Shown here in pieces: positions 43,181-53,080 of a stretch of DNA of 64,000 bases. The position numbers and the translations under genes were made by a program. Positions within the stretch are counted from its first letter, which is position 1. Each line of letters starts with the position of its first letter. The notes below the pieces were generated by a model. The model was given only the letters and a program-made list of their open reading frames with translations. It had not been told where the DNA came from and did no database searches. The DNA lies in contig CBDCXV010000001.1 in the NCBI GenBank assembly GCA_965223905.1, positions 1,056,001-1,120,000 on the forward strand, in the 5' to 3' direction. Source of the stretch: Candidatus Latescibacterota bacterium (GTDB lineage Bacteria; Latescibacterota; UBA2968; UBA8231).

Positions 43181-44962
43181 GTGACAGGTGAGTACGGGGG
43201 GCCGAAGTTCGTCGTCGTCGCAGGGGGCGTGATGAGCGGGGTCGGCAAGGGCCTGACTACCGCGTCGATCGGGCGCATTCTCTCCGAGTACGGATACCGC
43301 ACGACAGCGGTCAAGATCGACCCCTACATCAACTACGACGCCGGCACCCTGCGTCCGACCGAGCACGGCGAGGTATGGGTTACCGACGACGGCGGCGAAA
43401 TCGATCAGGACCTCGGCAACTACGAGCGCTTCCTCGGACTCGATCTGCCGCGCCAGAACAACCTGACCACCGGCCAGATCTACCACAGCGTGATCGAGCG
43501 CGAGCGGCGCGGCGACTACCTGGGGCATACGGTGCAGCCGATCCCCCATGTAACCGATGAAATCCAGCGCCGCATTCTCGATGCGGTCGAGGGGTACGAC
43601 ATCGGCCTGATCGAGATCGGGGGCACCGTCGGGGATTACGAGAACGAGCCGTTTCTGTTCGCTACGAAGGCACTCGAGCGCGAAGTCGGCGAGGAGCACT
43701 TCGTGTTCGCCCTCATCACCTACCTGCCGGTTCCTCAGCACGTCGGGGAGATGAAGACCAAGCCAACGCAACAGGCGATTCGCATGCTCAGCGAGCACGG
43801 GATTTTCCCCGACTTCATCATCTGCCGGGCCGAGACCGGACTCGACGACGTGCGCAAGAAAAAGATCCAGGTCGGCGCCAACGTCCCGGCGGAACACATC
43901 ATTTCCGCTCCGGACATGGCGACGATCTACGACATTCCACTGCGGCTCGAGGAAGAGAATCTCGGTGAGAAGCTGCTCGAAAAGCTCCAGCTCGAGCCGC
44001 GCAGGAAACCGGACTGGTCGCATTGGCACCAGCTTCTGCGGCGCAGCAAGGAGCCGCGCGAGACGGTTCGGGTGGCCATGGTCGGCAAGTACGTCGAGAT
44101 CGGAGACTACCAGCTGACCGATTCGTACATCTCGGTCAATCAATCGCTGCTGCACGCCGGCGTCGGGCTCGACGCGCGCGTCGACATCACCTGGGTGGAC
44201 GGCAGGAAGTTCGAGACCGGCGAGATGGAGCTGGAGGAACTCGAGGAGTTCAGCGGCATCATCGTCCCCGGGGCGTTCGGAGAAGGGGGAGCCGAAGGGG
44301 TGATCGCCGCCATCCGTTACGCCCGGGAACAGGACATGCCGTTCCTCGGGCTTTGTTACGGATTGCAGCTGGCCGTGATCGAATACGCGCGCAACGTCGC
44401 CGGTCTCGAGGAGGCGACCTCGGCGGAGTTCGAAGAGAATTCCCCATGGCAGGTCGTCTGCGTTCAGGAGACCCAGAAACAGGTGCTCGAGGAGAGCCGC
44501 TACGGCGCCAGCATGCGGCTGGGGGCGTACGCCGCGGTGCTCAGGAAAAACAGCCGTGTGCTTCAGCTCTACGAAGAGTCGGGGCGCCTGCGGGAAGACC
44601 GGGAGCGCATCGAGCAGCTGCTGGCGATGCCGGACCAGGCCTTCCGCGTCGGCCAGGTCATGCTCGACCGCGACAAGGTCGTTCTCGAACGCCACCGCCA
44701 CCGCTACGAGGTTTCGCCGCGGTTCGTCGAGCTCCTCGAGGAGGAGGGCTTGGTTTTCTCGGGGCACCACCGCAGGGTGGACGGGACCCGGCTGATGGAA
44801 TTCATCGAGCTCCCTGGGCACCGGCTTTTCGTCGCCACCCAGGCTCACCCCGAGTTCAAGTCACGCATGGATAACCCCGCCCCGCTGTTCTCCGGTTTTG
44901 TCGGCGCCGCTCTCGCCTTCCAGCAGGAGCGGCTGTCGAATGCGAAGGCAGTCGCTTTGTAA
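43181..44962 (+). CDS. pyrG: CTP synthase
   Basis: GGVMSGVGKG, KTKPTQ, GLCYGLQ (Cys), RHRHRYE, QAHPEF. Confidence 0.96.
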   Translation: MTGEYGGPKFVVVAGGVMSGVGKGLTTASIGRILSEYGYRTTAVKIDPYINYDAGTLRPTEHGEVWVTDDGGEIDQDLGNYERFLGLDLPRQNNLTTGQIYHSVIERERRGDYLGHTVQPIPHVTDEIQRRILDAVEGYDIGLIEIGGTVGDYENEPFLFATKALEREVGEEHFVFALITYLPVPQHVGEMKTKPTQQAIRMLSEHGIFPDFIICRAETGLDDVRKKKIQVGANVPAEHIISAPDMATIYDIPLRLEEENLGEKLLEKLQLEPRRKPDWSHWHQLLRRSKEPRETVRVAMVGKYVEIGDYQLTDSYISVNQSLLHAGVGLDARVDITWVDGRKFETGEMELEELEEFSGIIVPGAFGEGGAEGVIAAIRYAREQDMPFLGLCYGLQLAVIEYARNVAGLEEATSAEFEENSPWQVVCVQETQKQVLEESRYGASMRLGAYAAVLRKNSRVLQLYEESGRLREDRERIEQLLAMPDQAFRVGQVMLDRDKVVLERHRHRYEVSPRFVELLEEEGLVFSGHHRRVDGTRLMEFIELPGHRLFVATQAHPEFKSRMDNPAPLFSGFVGAALAFQQERLSNAKAVAL

Positions 44963-44963
44963 G

Positions 44964-46928
44964 GTGAACCCGCCAGGAAGCGGCGCAGTCGGAACGGCTG
45001 CGACGCTCCCTGGCGGCGTTTTCACGCCCCTCCGCAAGCTGCTCCATTACTCTGTATTCCCGCTCGCCTTCGCCGCTTCGAGCTGCGCGACTCCCGAGAG
45101 TGACTCCCCGGTCCCGACCCCTCCGGAGGCTGACCGGGAGACCTGGGGCGCCTCCCTGCAGCTGCGCGGGCTCGGCGGCGATGCCTCGATCCGGGCCTCC
45201 TACCTGCAGGACTTCAGCGAGCGGCAGACCGCCGCCGCCCGGGACGGCGTCGAGATCGCCTTCTCCGATTCCAGCCGGACGCGGCCCATCTCGCAGTTGA
45301 CAGCCGAACGCCTGATCATCGACTACCGCGCCTCTCGCCTCGCGGTGGGAGGCGACGTGATCGTTCGCGCTGCGGGTGGCGGAGGGGGCGACAGCTTGAG
45401 CCTGCGCGCCGACACCCTGGAATGGGTCCAGGCAGCCGGTGAGCTTAACGTACCCGGAATCGCGTCCCTGACCTCGGCATCGGGGCGGACTCGGGGAAGG
45501 GACGTGGTTGTCAGGTTCGATCTGTCGCGCTGGTCGCTCAGCGACGTCGAAAGCAGGTGGGTGCACCGGCGGCCCTCGGGAGAGGAATTCGAGGTGGCCA
45601 TGTCGGCGGCCAGGGAAATCGGGTCGAGGGGGGAAACAGGTGTCGTCTCGGAGTATGACAAGCCCAGGATACGTTTCGAAGGTCGCCGGTTGCAGAGCGG
45701 CCGCGGGGCGTGGGAAGAGAATCGAGGGCGTCTGCGTCTCAAAGAGGAGGTCGTGTTAAGGGATTCGTTCCGGACCCTGCGCGCCAGCGAGTTCGACATC
45801 GAGTTCGACAGCCGCAACAGCATCGCCCGCGGAGCCGTCGTCGTCGAGCAGGATTCGACCAAGCTGACCGCGGCCGAACTCGCCGACTTCGATGCCGGGG
45901 GGCGCTGGGAAGCGACCGGTCAGCCCCTGGAGCTGCGGGATGGCGCGCGCAGCCTGTCGGCCTCTCACCTGGTTCACCGCCGCGAGGAGGACAGTTTCCT
46001 TGCGACTGGTCGGCCGCGCTTCGCCACGGGAGAAGACACACTTTTCGCCGACAGCCTCGACTTCCGGCGAGCGGACGATCACCTGATTGCGGCGTCGTCG
46101 GTTCGGCTGTCGACGGGTTTCGGCGCCACCGTAACCGCGGCGAGGGCCGACCTCGATCTGTCCCGGGAGCTGATTCTCCTCGAGGGGGAGCCGCGGTTCT
46201 CGCAGGCGAGGGAAAGTTCGCTCGAAGTCGCCGCCGCGAGTATGTCGATCGACCTCGGGGCGCGCATCCTTACCGGAAAGGGCCGGTTTCGCGTCGGCAC
46301 CGACGGCGTGCGCCTGAGCTCCAGCCGCGGCGCTTACGACGCAGGCACCGACACCGCCGTCCTCGGGGGACAGGTCCGGATGGAGGTCCTTGGCCAGAGG
46401 AACGCGGCGACGATGACCTCGGATTCCGTGCGCGTCGCCATCGGCGACATGGGTGTCGGCGCAGTCGAGGTTCCGGCTCCACTGACAGGATCGATCTCGC
46501 CGGACGGCGAGACCGGCAGTTGGCTCGAGGCAGGAAGCGGCATCCTGGAGCTGGAGAGCGGCCGCCTGACGAGGGTGCAACTCGCCGGAGAGGCCGATGT
46601 AACCCATGTCGACGCGGGGTCGCGCGATGCCATCCGTTTCCGCTCCGACAGCATGGTTCTCGATTTCGACTCGACCGCTGTCCTCAGGCAGGTGTCGGCG
46701 CGGGGAAACGCCCTGGTCAGGACGCGCCTGGGAGATCGGAGGGAGAACGGCCTCGCCGGGGGAATCGACAGCAATGAGCCGGATGCCCCCACCCAGGGGG
46801 ACGGCGTCATGAACGAGGTGAGCGGCGAGCAGTTGGAGATCTTTCTCGACAGCACTGGGGCCGTGGCGGAGGTCAGGATCATCGGCAGTGTCGACGGCCG
46901 CTACGCACCTTCTGCGGAGGAGGAGTAA
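44964..46928 (+). CDS. Large LptC/LptA (OstA beta-jellyroll)-like lipoprotein
   Basis: Lipobox-like LAFAASSC; repeated L(R/T)ADxL..G.V beta motifs; directly upstream of lptB; start uncertain. Confidence 0.65.
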   Translation: MNPPGSGAVGTAATLPGGVFTPLRKLLHYSVFPLAFAASSCATPESDSPVPTPPEADRETWGASLQLRGLGGDASIRASYLQDFSERQTAAARDGVEIAFSDSSRTRPISQLTAERLIIDYRASRLAVGGDVIVRAAGGGGGDSLSLRADTLEWVQAAGELNVPGIASLTSASGRTRGRDVVVRFDLSRWSLSDVESRWVHRRPSGEEFEVAMSAAREIGSRGETGVVSEYDKPRIRFEGRRLQSGRGAWEENRGRLRLKEEVVLRDSFRTLRASEFDIEFDSRNSIARGAVVVEQDSTKLTAAELADFDAGGRWEATGQPLELRDGARSLSASHLVHRREEDSFLATGRPRFATGEDTLFADSLDFRRADDHLIAASSVRLSTGFGATVTAARADLDLSRELILLEGEPRFSQARESSLEVAAASMSIDLGARILTGKGRFRVGTDGVRLSSSRGAYDAGTDTAVLGGQVRMEVLGQRNAATMTSDSVRVAIGDMGVGAVEVPAPLTGSISPDGETGSWLEAGSGILELESGRLTRVQLAGEADVTHVDAGSRDAIRFRSDSMVLDFDSTAVLRQVSARGNALVRTRLGDRRENGLAGGIDSNEPDAPTQGDGVMNEVSGEQLEIFLDSTGAVAEVRIIGSVDGRYAPSAEEE

Positions 46929-46929
46929 G

Positions 46930-47667
46930 GTGCCGTTGCGCATCGATCATCTGGTGAAACAGTACGGCCGCCGGCGGGTAGTGGACGACGTGAGCCTGCT
47001 CGTCGAAGCGGGTGAGATCGTCGGCCTCCTCGGCCCCAATGGCGCCGGAAAGACGACCACTTTCTACAGCATTGTCGGTTTCGTGCGCCCCGACGGCGGC
47101 TCCATCACTCTCGACGGGGACGACATTACCGATCTGCCGATGTACCGGCGGGCCCGCCGCGGCATCGGCTTCCTGCCTCAGGAAACCTCGATTTTCCGCG
47201 GCCTGACGGTAGCCGACAACATCACCGCGGTGATGCAGGCGCGCGGGGGCTCGGCCGCGGCCAACAAGGATCGCCTCGGTGAGCTTCTGGATGAACTCCA
47301 CCTGACGGCGAGAGCCCATCAGCGCGCTGACACCCTTTCGGGAGGGGAAACGCGGAGGGTGGAGATCGCCCGCGCCCTGGCCACCGATCCGCGCTACATC
47401 CTGCTCGACGAGCCCTTCACCGGTATCGACCCGCGTACCGTCGAGGACATCCAGGCGATCATCGCCGGACTGCGGGACAAGGGCCTGAGCATTCTGATAA
47501 CCGATCACAACGTGCGCGAGACGCTGCGCATCACGAACCGCGCCTACATCATGGTCGACGGGCGTATTCTCGCCTCGGGCTCCGCCCGCGAGCTGACCTC
47601 TCACGTGCAGGTTCGCCGCCGTTACCTTGGGGAACGCTTCGAGATGGACTGGCGAGCGGAAGAGTAA
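46930..47667 (+). CDS. lptB: LPS export ABC transporter ATPase
   Basis: GLLGPNGAGKTT, LPMYRRARRGIGFLPQE, LSGGETRR, LDEPF, ITDHNVRETL. Confidence 0.95.
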   Translation: MPLRIDHLVKQYGRRRVVDDVSLLVEAGEIVGLLGPNGAGKTTTFYSIVGFVRPDGGSITLDGDDITDLPMYRRARRGIGFLPQETSIFRGLTVADNITAVMQARGGSAAANKDRLGELLDELHLTARAHQRADTLSGGETRRVEIARALATDPRYILLDEPFTGIDPRTVEDIQAIIAGLRDKGLSILITDHNVRETLRITNRAYIMVDGRILASGSARELTSHVQVRRRYLGERFEMDWRAEE

Positions 47668-47679
47668 CCAGCCTGCAAC

Positions 47680-47695
47680 AGCAAATGCCGTACCC
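47680..47695 (-). promoter_or_regulatory. Inverted sigma54 -24/-12 site upstream of rpoN promoter
   Basis: - strand GGGTACGGCATTTGCT, GG-N10-GC spacing. Confidence 0.55.
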
Positions 47696-47701
47696 CGCAG
47701 C

Positions 47702-47730
47702 TTGACACTGCCCCGGAGCCCGGATATATT
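47702..47730 (+). promoter_or_regulatory. Sigma70 promoter for rpoN
   Basis: TTGACA-17 nt-TATATT. Confidence 0.8.
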
Positions 47731-47807
47731 AGCGGGCTAAATGCTCCTAACTCACTTCAGGACTTTCAGTTACCTCGTTATTCCACCCCTGGCGGTCACA
47801 CCGGGAA

Positions 47808-49280
47808 ATGCTTCGTTTTTCGCAAAATCTGAGCCTTCAGCAACGGATGGCTCCCCAGCTCATCCAGTCGCTGCAGCTGTTGCAGATGTCGACGCTCGAG
47901 CTCGAGCTCGAGATTCAGCAACAGATGGAGATCAATCCCCTCCTCGAAGAAACGCTGGATATCGAGGAGGAGACGGATGAGAGTGATAGCGCCGAAGAGG
48001 GCCTGAAAGAGGAAGCGGAGCTGCCCGGAGACTCCGAAGAAGTAGACTTCGACGCACTACTCGAAGATTCCTTCGAGCGGAATTCATACAACAACGAGAC
48101 CAGCGAGTACGATCCCGACTGGGAACAGGACCGCGAGCCGCGGGAGAACCGCATCACGACGATGCCGCCGCTGCTCGATCAGCTGCTTGAGCAGTTGACG
48201 GTCACCGAGCTCGGGGGCCGCGATGTCGAGATCGCCGAGTTCATCATCGGCAACATCGACGACCGCGGGTACCTCACCTGCACGACCGCGGAGATCGCCG
48301 AGGCCATTCAGATACCCGAAGCGGATGTCGAGCGCGTCCTCGAGGTGATCCAGGGTTTCGAGCCGCCCGGAGTCGGCGCCCGGGACCTGCGCGAATGCCT
48401 GCTGATTCAGCTCGAACAGCGCCGCGAAGAAGAGGGCGCAGAAGTTGCCCTGCAAATGGTCCGAGAGCACATGGAGGACCTGAGCAAACGCCGCTTTTCC
48501 CGCATCCTCAAGGCGCTTCTCATATCGAACGACGACCTGAGAACGGCGATGGAACTCGTCGAAAAACTCCACCCGGCGCCGGGGTTCCTCACGGGCAGGA
48601 GCGACTATTCCGGGCTGTTGACCTTCGACACCGACGATCCCTACGTGATCCCCGACCTGATCGTCGAAAAGTCCGGCGGGGACTGGGTCGTCAGTCTCAC
48701 CGACGGCAACCTGCCCTCACTGCGGATCAACAGCTCGTACGCCGGGTTGCTCGGGCTCGGAGACGGCAGGGGCAAGGGCAAGGACGAGGTACGCACCTAC
48801 GTGTCGAGGAAACTGAACGACGCCCGCTGGCTGATAAACGCCATAAATCAGCGGCGCGCGACGATGCTCAAGGTGGCCGAATACATCGTGCGCGCCCAGC
48901 TGCCGTTCTTCGAGGGCGGACCGGGCCATCTCAAGCCGATGGTCCTGCAGGACGCGGCCGACGCAGTGGAGATGCATGTGTCGACCATCAGCCGGGTCAG
49001 CAACGGCAAGTACATGCAAACCCCCCAGGGGGTGTTCGAGCTCAAGTATTTCTTCGACGGAAGGGTGCACCGCGAAGACGGCGAGGACGTGTCGGCGCGC
49101 AGCGTCAAGGAAAAGATCGCGGCCCTGATCGACGAAGAAGACAAGGCCGAACCGTTGAGCGACCAGGAGATCGCCGACAAGCTCGGCGGCGAGGGATTGC
49201 AGATCGCCCGACGGACGGTGGCGAAGTACCGCGATCAACTCAGAATCAATTCGCAGCGCTACCGCAAGAAGGCTTTCTGA
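47808..49280 (+). CDS. rpoN: RNA polymerase sigma-54
   Basis: Gln/Leu-rich region I, HVSTISRV, RpoN box ARRTVAKYR. Confidence 0.97.
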   Translation: MLRFSQNLSLQQRMAPQLIQSLQLLQMSTLELELEIQQQMEINPLLEETLDIEEETDESDSAEEGLKEEAELPGDSEEVDFDALLEDSFERNSYNNETSEYDPDWEQDREPRENRITTMPPLLDQLLEQLTVTELGGRDVEIAEFIIGNIDDRGYLTCTTAEIAEAIQIPEADVERVLEVIQGFEPPGVGARDLRECLLIQLEQRREEEGAEVALQMVREHMEDLSKRRFSRILKALLISNDDLRTAMELVEKLHPAPGFLTGRSDYSGLLTFDTDDPYVIPDLIVEKSGGDWVVSLTDGNLPSLRINSSYAGLLGLGDGRGKGKDEVRTYVSRKLNDARWLINAINQRRATMLKVAEYIVRAQLPFFEGGPGHLKPMVLQDAADAVEMHVSTISRVSNGKYMQTPQGVFELKYFFDGRVHREDGEDVSARSVKEKIAALIDEEDKAEPLSDQEIADKLGGEGLQIARRTVAKYRDQLRINSQRYRKKAF

Positions 49281-49308
49281 AGGGACCCCGGCGAATCGCG
49301 ACAGCTGC

Positions 49309-49875
49309 CTAGCCTGAAAGGGCGGCGCGCAGCCGCCGGGCCCGTACCCGAATCGGCCGGCTCGGCCTCGGCACCGGCTCCCTTGCGGGCTCTATCTTCC
49401 ACACGAACACCGCGGGCCCCTCCGCGGTGAAATGCAAGGGCAGCTTGTCGTCGAAATCGGCCTCGTCTTTCAGGGTGTGGACCTGCGTCAATCCGGCACC
49501 GCGCGCGATCGCCTCGTAATCGACTGTTCCCGCCCCGGGCACCGGTTGGTTTCCTGTGACTTCGTAGGTTCCGTTCTCGGTTATCACGAGGGTGTAGTTC
49601 GGAGCCGGCTGTTGCGACAGCGTCACCAGGGTTCCCAGGCACATCAGGGTGCTGCCGTCGCCGTTGAGCGCGATCACGCGGCGCCGGGGCTGGGCGATGG
49701 CCAGTCCGTAGGCGAAGTCCGCGGCGTGCCCCATGGCGCTGTCCACGGAGGCGAAGTCGAGGGGACCGTCGGAAATACCGGCCCAGGGAGAAGCGACGGA
49801 CATGGTAGTCACGACCACGTCCCCGGGACCTCGGCGTTCCGAAAGTTTTTTCAGGCATTCGTACTTGTCGAGCAT
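49309..49875 (-). CDS. TPP-dependent decarboxylase beta subunit (ComE / phosphonopyruvate decarboxylase-like)
   Basis: SAMGHA, NGDGSTLMCLG...ENGTYEVTGNQ TPP motif. Confidence 0.8.
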   Translation of the reverse strand: MLDKYECLKKLSERRGPGDVVVTTMSVASPWAGISDGPLDFASVDSAMGHAADFAYGLAIAQPRRRVIALNGDGSTLMCLGTLVTLSQQPAPNYTLVITENGTYEVTGNQPVPGAGTVDYEAIARGAGLTQVHTLKDEADFDDKLPLHFTAEGPAVFVWKIEPAREPVPRPSRPIRVRARRLRAALSG

Positions 49876-49886
49876 GGTCCGCGGCC

Positions 49887-50384
49887 TTATCCGGTGTCGG
49901 CGCCGAGGAGGACGGCGGCCGGCAAAGAGGTCGACTCGGCCTGGGAGAAAGCGGAGCGCAACCGCGGCTCGACGTCCGAGTCTTCGAACAGGACCGAGTA
50001 GGGGATGTTCCAGGCCTTGAGAGTTGGCTCGAAAAATGTCGCGGCCGTATCGACCCGTTCCGCCCCGGGAGTCATGGTCCGATAGCCCCGGTACCCGAGA
50101 ATCATCACCAGGGGGATCCCCATGTTGTACGCCGTGCCCCGGAAGGCGTCGCCGGTTTCGAGAAAACCGGTGTTCTGGATGGCGACGAGGGGTTTGCGGC
50201 CACCGAGGTAGAGACCGGATGCCAGCGCGAACGCCTCCCCCTCGCGGCTGACGTTGATGACGTCGATCGCCGGCTCTTCCCACAGGGCTTCGAACAACGC
50301 CCGCGATCCGTTGTCCGGCAGGCCGACGACGTGAGTCACTCCGTGGGATTTGATCTGGTTCAGAAGCAGCGCAACGCTGAGCAT
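49887..50384 (-). CDS. TPP-dependent decarboxylase alpha subunit (ComD-like)
   Basis: VVGLPD, SREGEAFALASG, IQNTG, ILGYRG. Confidence 0.8.
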   Translation of the reverse strand: MLSVALLLNQIKSHGVTHVVGLPDNGSRALFEALWEEPAIDVINVSREGEAFALASGLYLGGRKPLVAIQNTGFLETGDAFRGTAYNMGIPLVMILGYRGYRTMTPGAERVDTAATFFEPTLKAWNIPYSVLFEDSDVEPRLRSAFSQAESTSLPAAVLLGADTG

Positions 50385-50464
50385 CTTCCTTCTTTCGCCA
50401 AGTGGGGCCTGCGGCGATGAGACCGGCCGGCCGGCAGCACAAACTACCGGGGCGCCATTCGCCG

Positions 50465-51454
50465 TCAAGCCGCGGCGTGGGCGGCCGAAGTCACGTCGCC
50501 GCTGAGCAGGCGATGACGGGCGCCGTCGTCGGTTTCGAGCACGAGGCTGCCGTCGGCGTGGAGATCGGTGGCCGTTCCGGTCACACTTCCGGCTTCCGTC
50601 GAAACCGTGACCCGGCGCCCTAGGGTGATCGACAGCGGCCGCATCCGCTGCACCGATTCTTCGGGACCGGCCTCGGAGGCACGCCCGTATTCCACCTCGA
50701 GCTCCCTCAGAATCTGTTTGAGGAGCTGGTTGCGATTGCAGGATCGACCGCTGAGCTGGCGGATGGAAACCGCCAGAGGCAGTTCCGTGGGAAACCGCTC
50801 CTGGTTGACGTTCAGACCTACGCCGGCAATCGCCGCCCCGTTGCGCAGCTCGCACAGCACCCCTCCCAGCTTGCGCATCCTCGAATCCACGCTTTCCGGG
50901 GAAGGAACCCCGGCGACTACAAGGTCGTTGGGCCACTTCATCCGGACCGGGATTCCGCAGTGCCGGATCAGGGCTCGCGCGACAGCACCGGCTACCAGCA
51001 GGCTGTGCGCGATGGTCGGAGCGGCCGGAGGCAGGATCAGGGAAAACATGAGGCTTTTTCCGGGCTCGGCCAGCCACCGGCGGCCGCGGCGCCCCCGTCC
51101 CCGGGACTGCGATTCGGCGGTGACGACGGTGCCGGCAGGGAGGGTGGCGGCGAGTTCGGCGGCGGTGTCGTTCGTCGAGGCGACGCGGTCCACCACCACC
51201 GCGCGGCACCCGAAGGTCCCGGTTCCGAGGCGATGGCGAATCTCCACCGAGGCCAGCCGCTCCGGGATTTCGGTAAGCCGCATGCCCAATCCGGGATCGG
51301 CGGCCACCAAAACACCCGTCTTTCCCAGGGTTTCGAGCATGCCCCCGAGCTCCCCGGGTGTGCAGGCCAGACGAGCGCGGATATCATCGGCAGGGCAGTA
51401 CTCCCCGGGACGGTGGCGCAGCAGATCGTAAAGCTCCTGTGGATCGGCGCTCAT
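50465..51454 (-). CDS. birA: Biotin-protein ligase with N-terminal HTH-like region
   Basis: STND, QSRGRGRRGRRW, KWPND, KLGGVLCE, GVGLNV. Confidence 0.92.
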   Translation of the reverse strand: MSADPQELYDLLRHRPGEYCPADDIRARLACTPGELGGMLETLGKTGVLVAADPGLGMRLTEIPERLASVEIRHRLGTGTFGCRAVVVDRVASTNDTAAELAATLPAGTVVTAESQSRGRGRRGRRWLAEPGKSLMFSLILPPAAPTIAHSLLVAGAVARALIRHCGIPVRMKWPNDLVVAGVPSPESVDSRMRKLGGVLCELRNGAAIAGVGLNVNQERFPTELPLAVSIRQLSGRSCNRNQLLKQILRELEVEYGRASEAGPEESVQRMRPLSITLGRRVTVSTEAGSVTGTATDLHADGSLVLETDDGARHRLLSGDVTSAAHAAA

Positions 51455-51525
51455 CCCCCTACTCGATGCGTTTCCGGGCCCCGGAGCTTGGACGGGCGCC
51501 CGCAAGGGGTGTACAATTCGCCGGC

Positions 51526-52200
51526 ATGTGTACCTGCGTCATCCTGTTCGCGAAGCTCCCTGTCGCAGGAGCGGTAAAGACGAGGCTGCAGCCGCGCCTG
51601 AGCGAGTCGCAGGCAGCCGATCTCTACCGGTCGTTCCTTCTCGATTGCGCCGCGGCCGCGGCCGCCACAACCGCTGCGAGGAAGGTGATGGCCTATTCAC
51701 CCGACGGGGCAGCGGAAGCCATCCGGGAGATGCTCGGCCCACTGGCCGCAGCGTTCGATTTCATTCCTCAACCCGACACCGACCTCGGAAACCGAATGGA
51801 GGTCCTGTTCCGGCACAGCTTCGAACGCGGTGCCGAGCGGACCGTGGTCGTCGGCTCGGACAGCCCGTCCCTGGGTCCGGAGCTGATAGACGAGGCGTTC
51901 GACCTGCTGCGCAGTCGAGAGCTTGTGCTCGGCCCGTGCAGCGACGGCGGCTATTACCTCATCGGACAGCGGCAACTCCACCAGGCCCTGTTCCGCGGCA
52001 TCGAATGGAGCAGCAGCAGGGTCTTTCGCCAGACCCTTGAGGCCGCAGCGGGCCTCGACCTGGCGCTGCTGCCCCCCTGGTACGACGTCGACACCGCCGC
52101 GGACGCGGCTTTCCTGCGCGATCATCTCGGGGCCCTCGAGCGCACCGGCAGGCGGTGGGGATTTCGCAGTCTCCAGCAGCTGCGAGCGCTCGATCTGTAG
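51526..52200 (+). CDS. DUF2064 / TIGR04282-type glycosyltransferase-like protein
   Basis: FAKLPVAGAVKTRL, DLGNRM, GSDSP, LGPCSDGGYYLIG, WYDVD. Confidence 0.85.
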   Translation: MCTCVILFAKLPVAGAVKTRLQPRLSESQAADLYRSFLLDCAAAAAATTAARKVMAYSPDGAAEAIREMLGPLAAAFDFIPQPDTDLGNRMEVLFRHSFERGAERTVVVGSDSPSLGPELIDEAFDLLRSRELVLGPCSDGGYYLIGQRQLHQALFRGIEWSSSRVFRQTLEAAAGLDLALLPPWYDVDTAADAAFLRDHLGALERTGRRWGFRSLQQLRALDL

Positions 52201-52287
52201 CGGGGAAACCGGTGGAAAATCCATGCGGGGCAACGTCCGCAGCCCTGGGCTGCTTCGTATCAACGGAGTCCAGAAGGGGCGCCGGTA

Positions 52288-53055
52288 CTAAACCCCCATG
52301 ATGCGGTATCCGCCGTCCACGTAGAGAACCTCTCCGGTGATGCCGCGGCTGAGGTTACTGCACAGGAAAAGGGCGGCGTCGGCTACCTCCTCGACCTCGG
52401 TGTTGCGCCGCAGCGGTGCCCGCTCCGCGTGCGCCCGGTGCATGAGGTTGAAGTCGCGGATTCCTCGCGAAGCCAGTGTCTTGAGCGGCCCTGCAGAGAG
52501 CCCGTTGACGCGGATGTTCTTCTCGCCGAGCTCCGACGCCAGGTAGCGAATCCCGGATTCCAGCGCCGCCTTCGCCACTCCCATGACGTTGTAGTTGCGC
52601 ACCGCCCGCCCGCTACCCAGGTAGGTGAGGGCGACCACCGCTCCTCCCGAAGTCATCAGAGGCTCGGCACCCCGCACCAGGCAGTTCAGCGAATAGGCGC
52701 TGACCTCAAGGGCGAGACGGTAGCCGTCCCGCGAGGTGTCGGTATATCGGCCGTCGAGATCTTCCTTGTTGGCGAAAGCGATCCCGTGAACGAGGAAGTC
52801 GAGCCTGCCGGCCTCCTTCCCCACCTGTGAAAAGGCCGCGGCCACCGATGGGTCGTCGCTGACGTCGCACCGAACGAGGACCGGAGGGGTGGACAACTGG
52901 CCGGCGACCTTTTCGATGCCTGCCCGCTCCCGATCGCCGAGGTAGCCGAGGATCAGCCGGGCGCCCTCGCGGTCCAGGGCCCGGGCTATCGCCCAGGAGA
53001 TGCTGCGGTGGTTGGCAACGCCGGCGACGAATCCGGTCTTGTCCGACATCATCAT
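52288..53055 (-). CDS. fabI: Enoyl-ACP reductase
   Basis: GVANHRSISW, YNVMGVAKAALE, SAGPLKTLA. Confidence 0.95.
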   Translation of the reverse strand: MMMSDKTGFVAGVANHRSISWAIARALDREGARLILGYLGDRERAGIEKVAGQLSTPPVLVRCDVSDDPSVAAAFSQVGKEAGRLDFLVHGIAFANKEDLDGRYTDTSRDGYRLALEVSAYSLNCLVRGAEPLMTSGGAVVALTYLGSGRAVRNYNVMGVAKAALESGIRYLASELGEKNIRVNGLSAGPLKTLASRGIRDFNLMHRAHAERAPLRRNTEVEEVADAALFLCSNLSRGITGEVLYVDGGYRIMGV

Positions 53056-53080
53056 GGTTCTGCCGTCCTCTCCATCGTTT

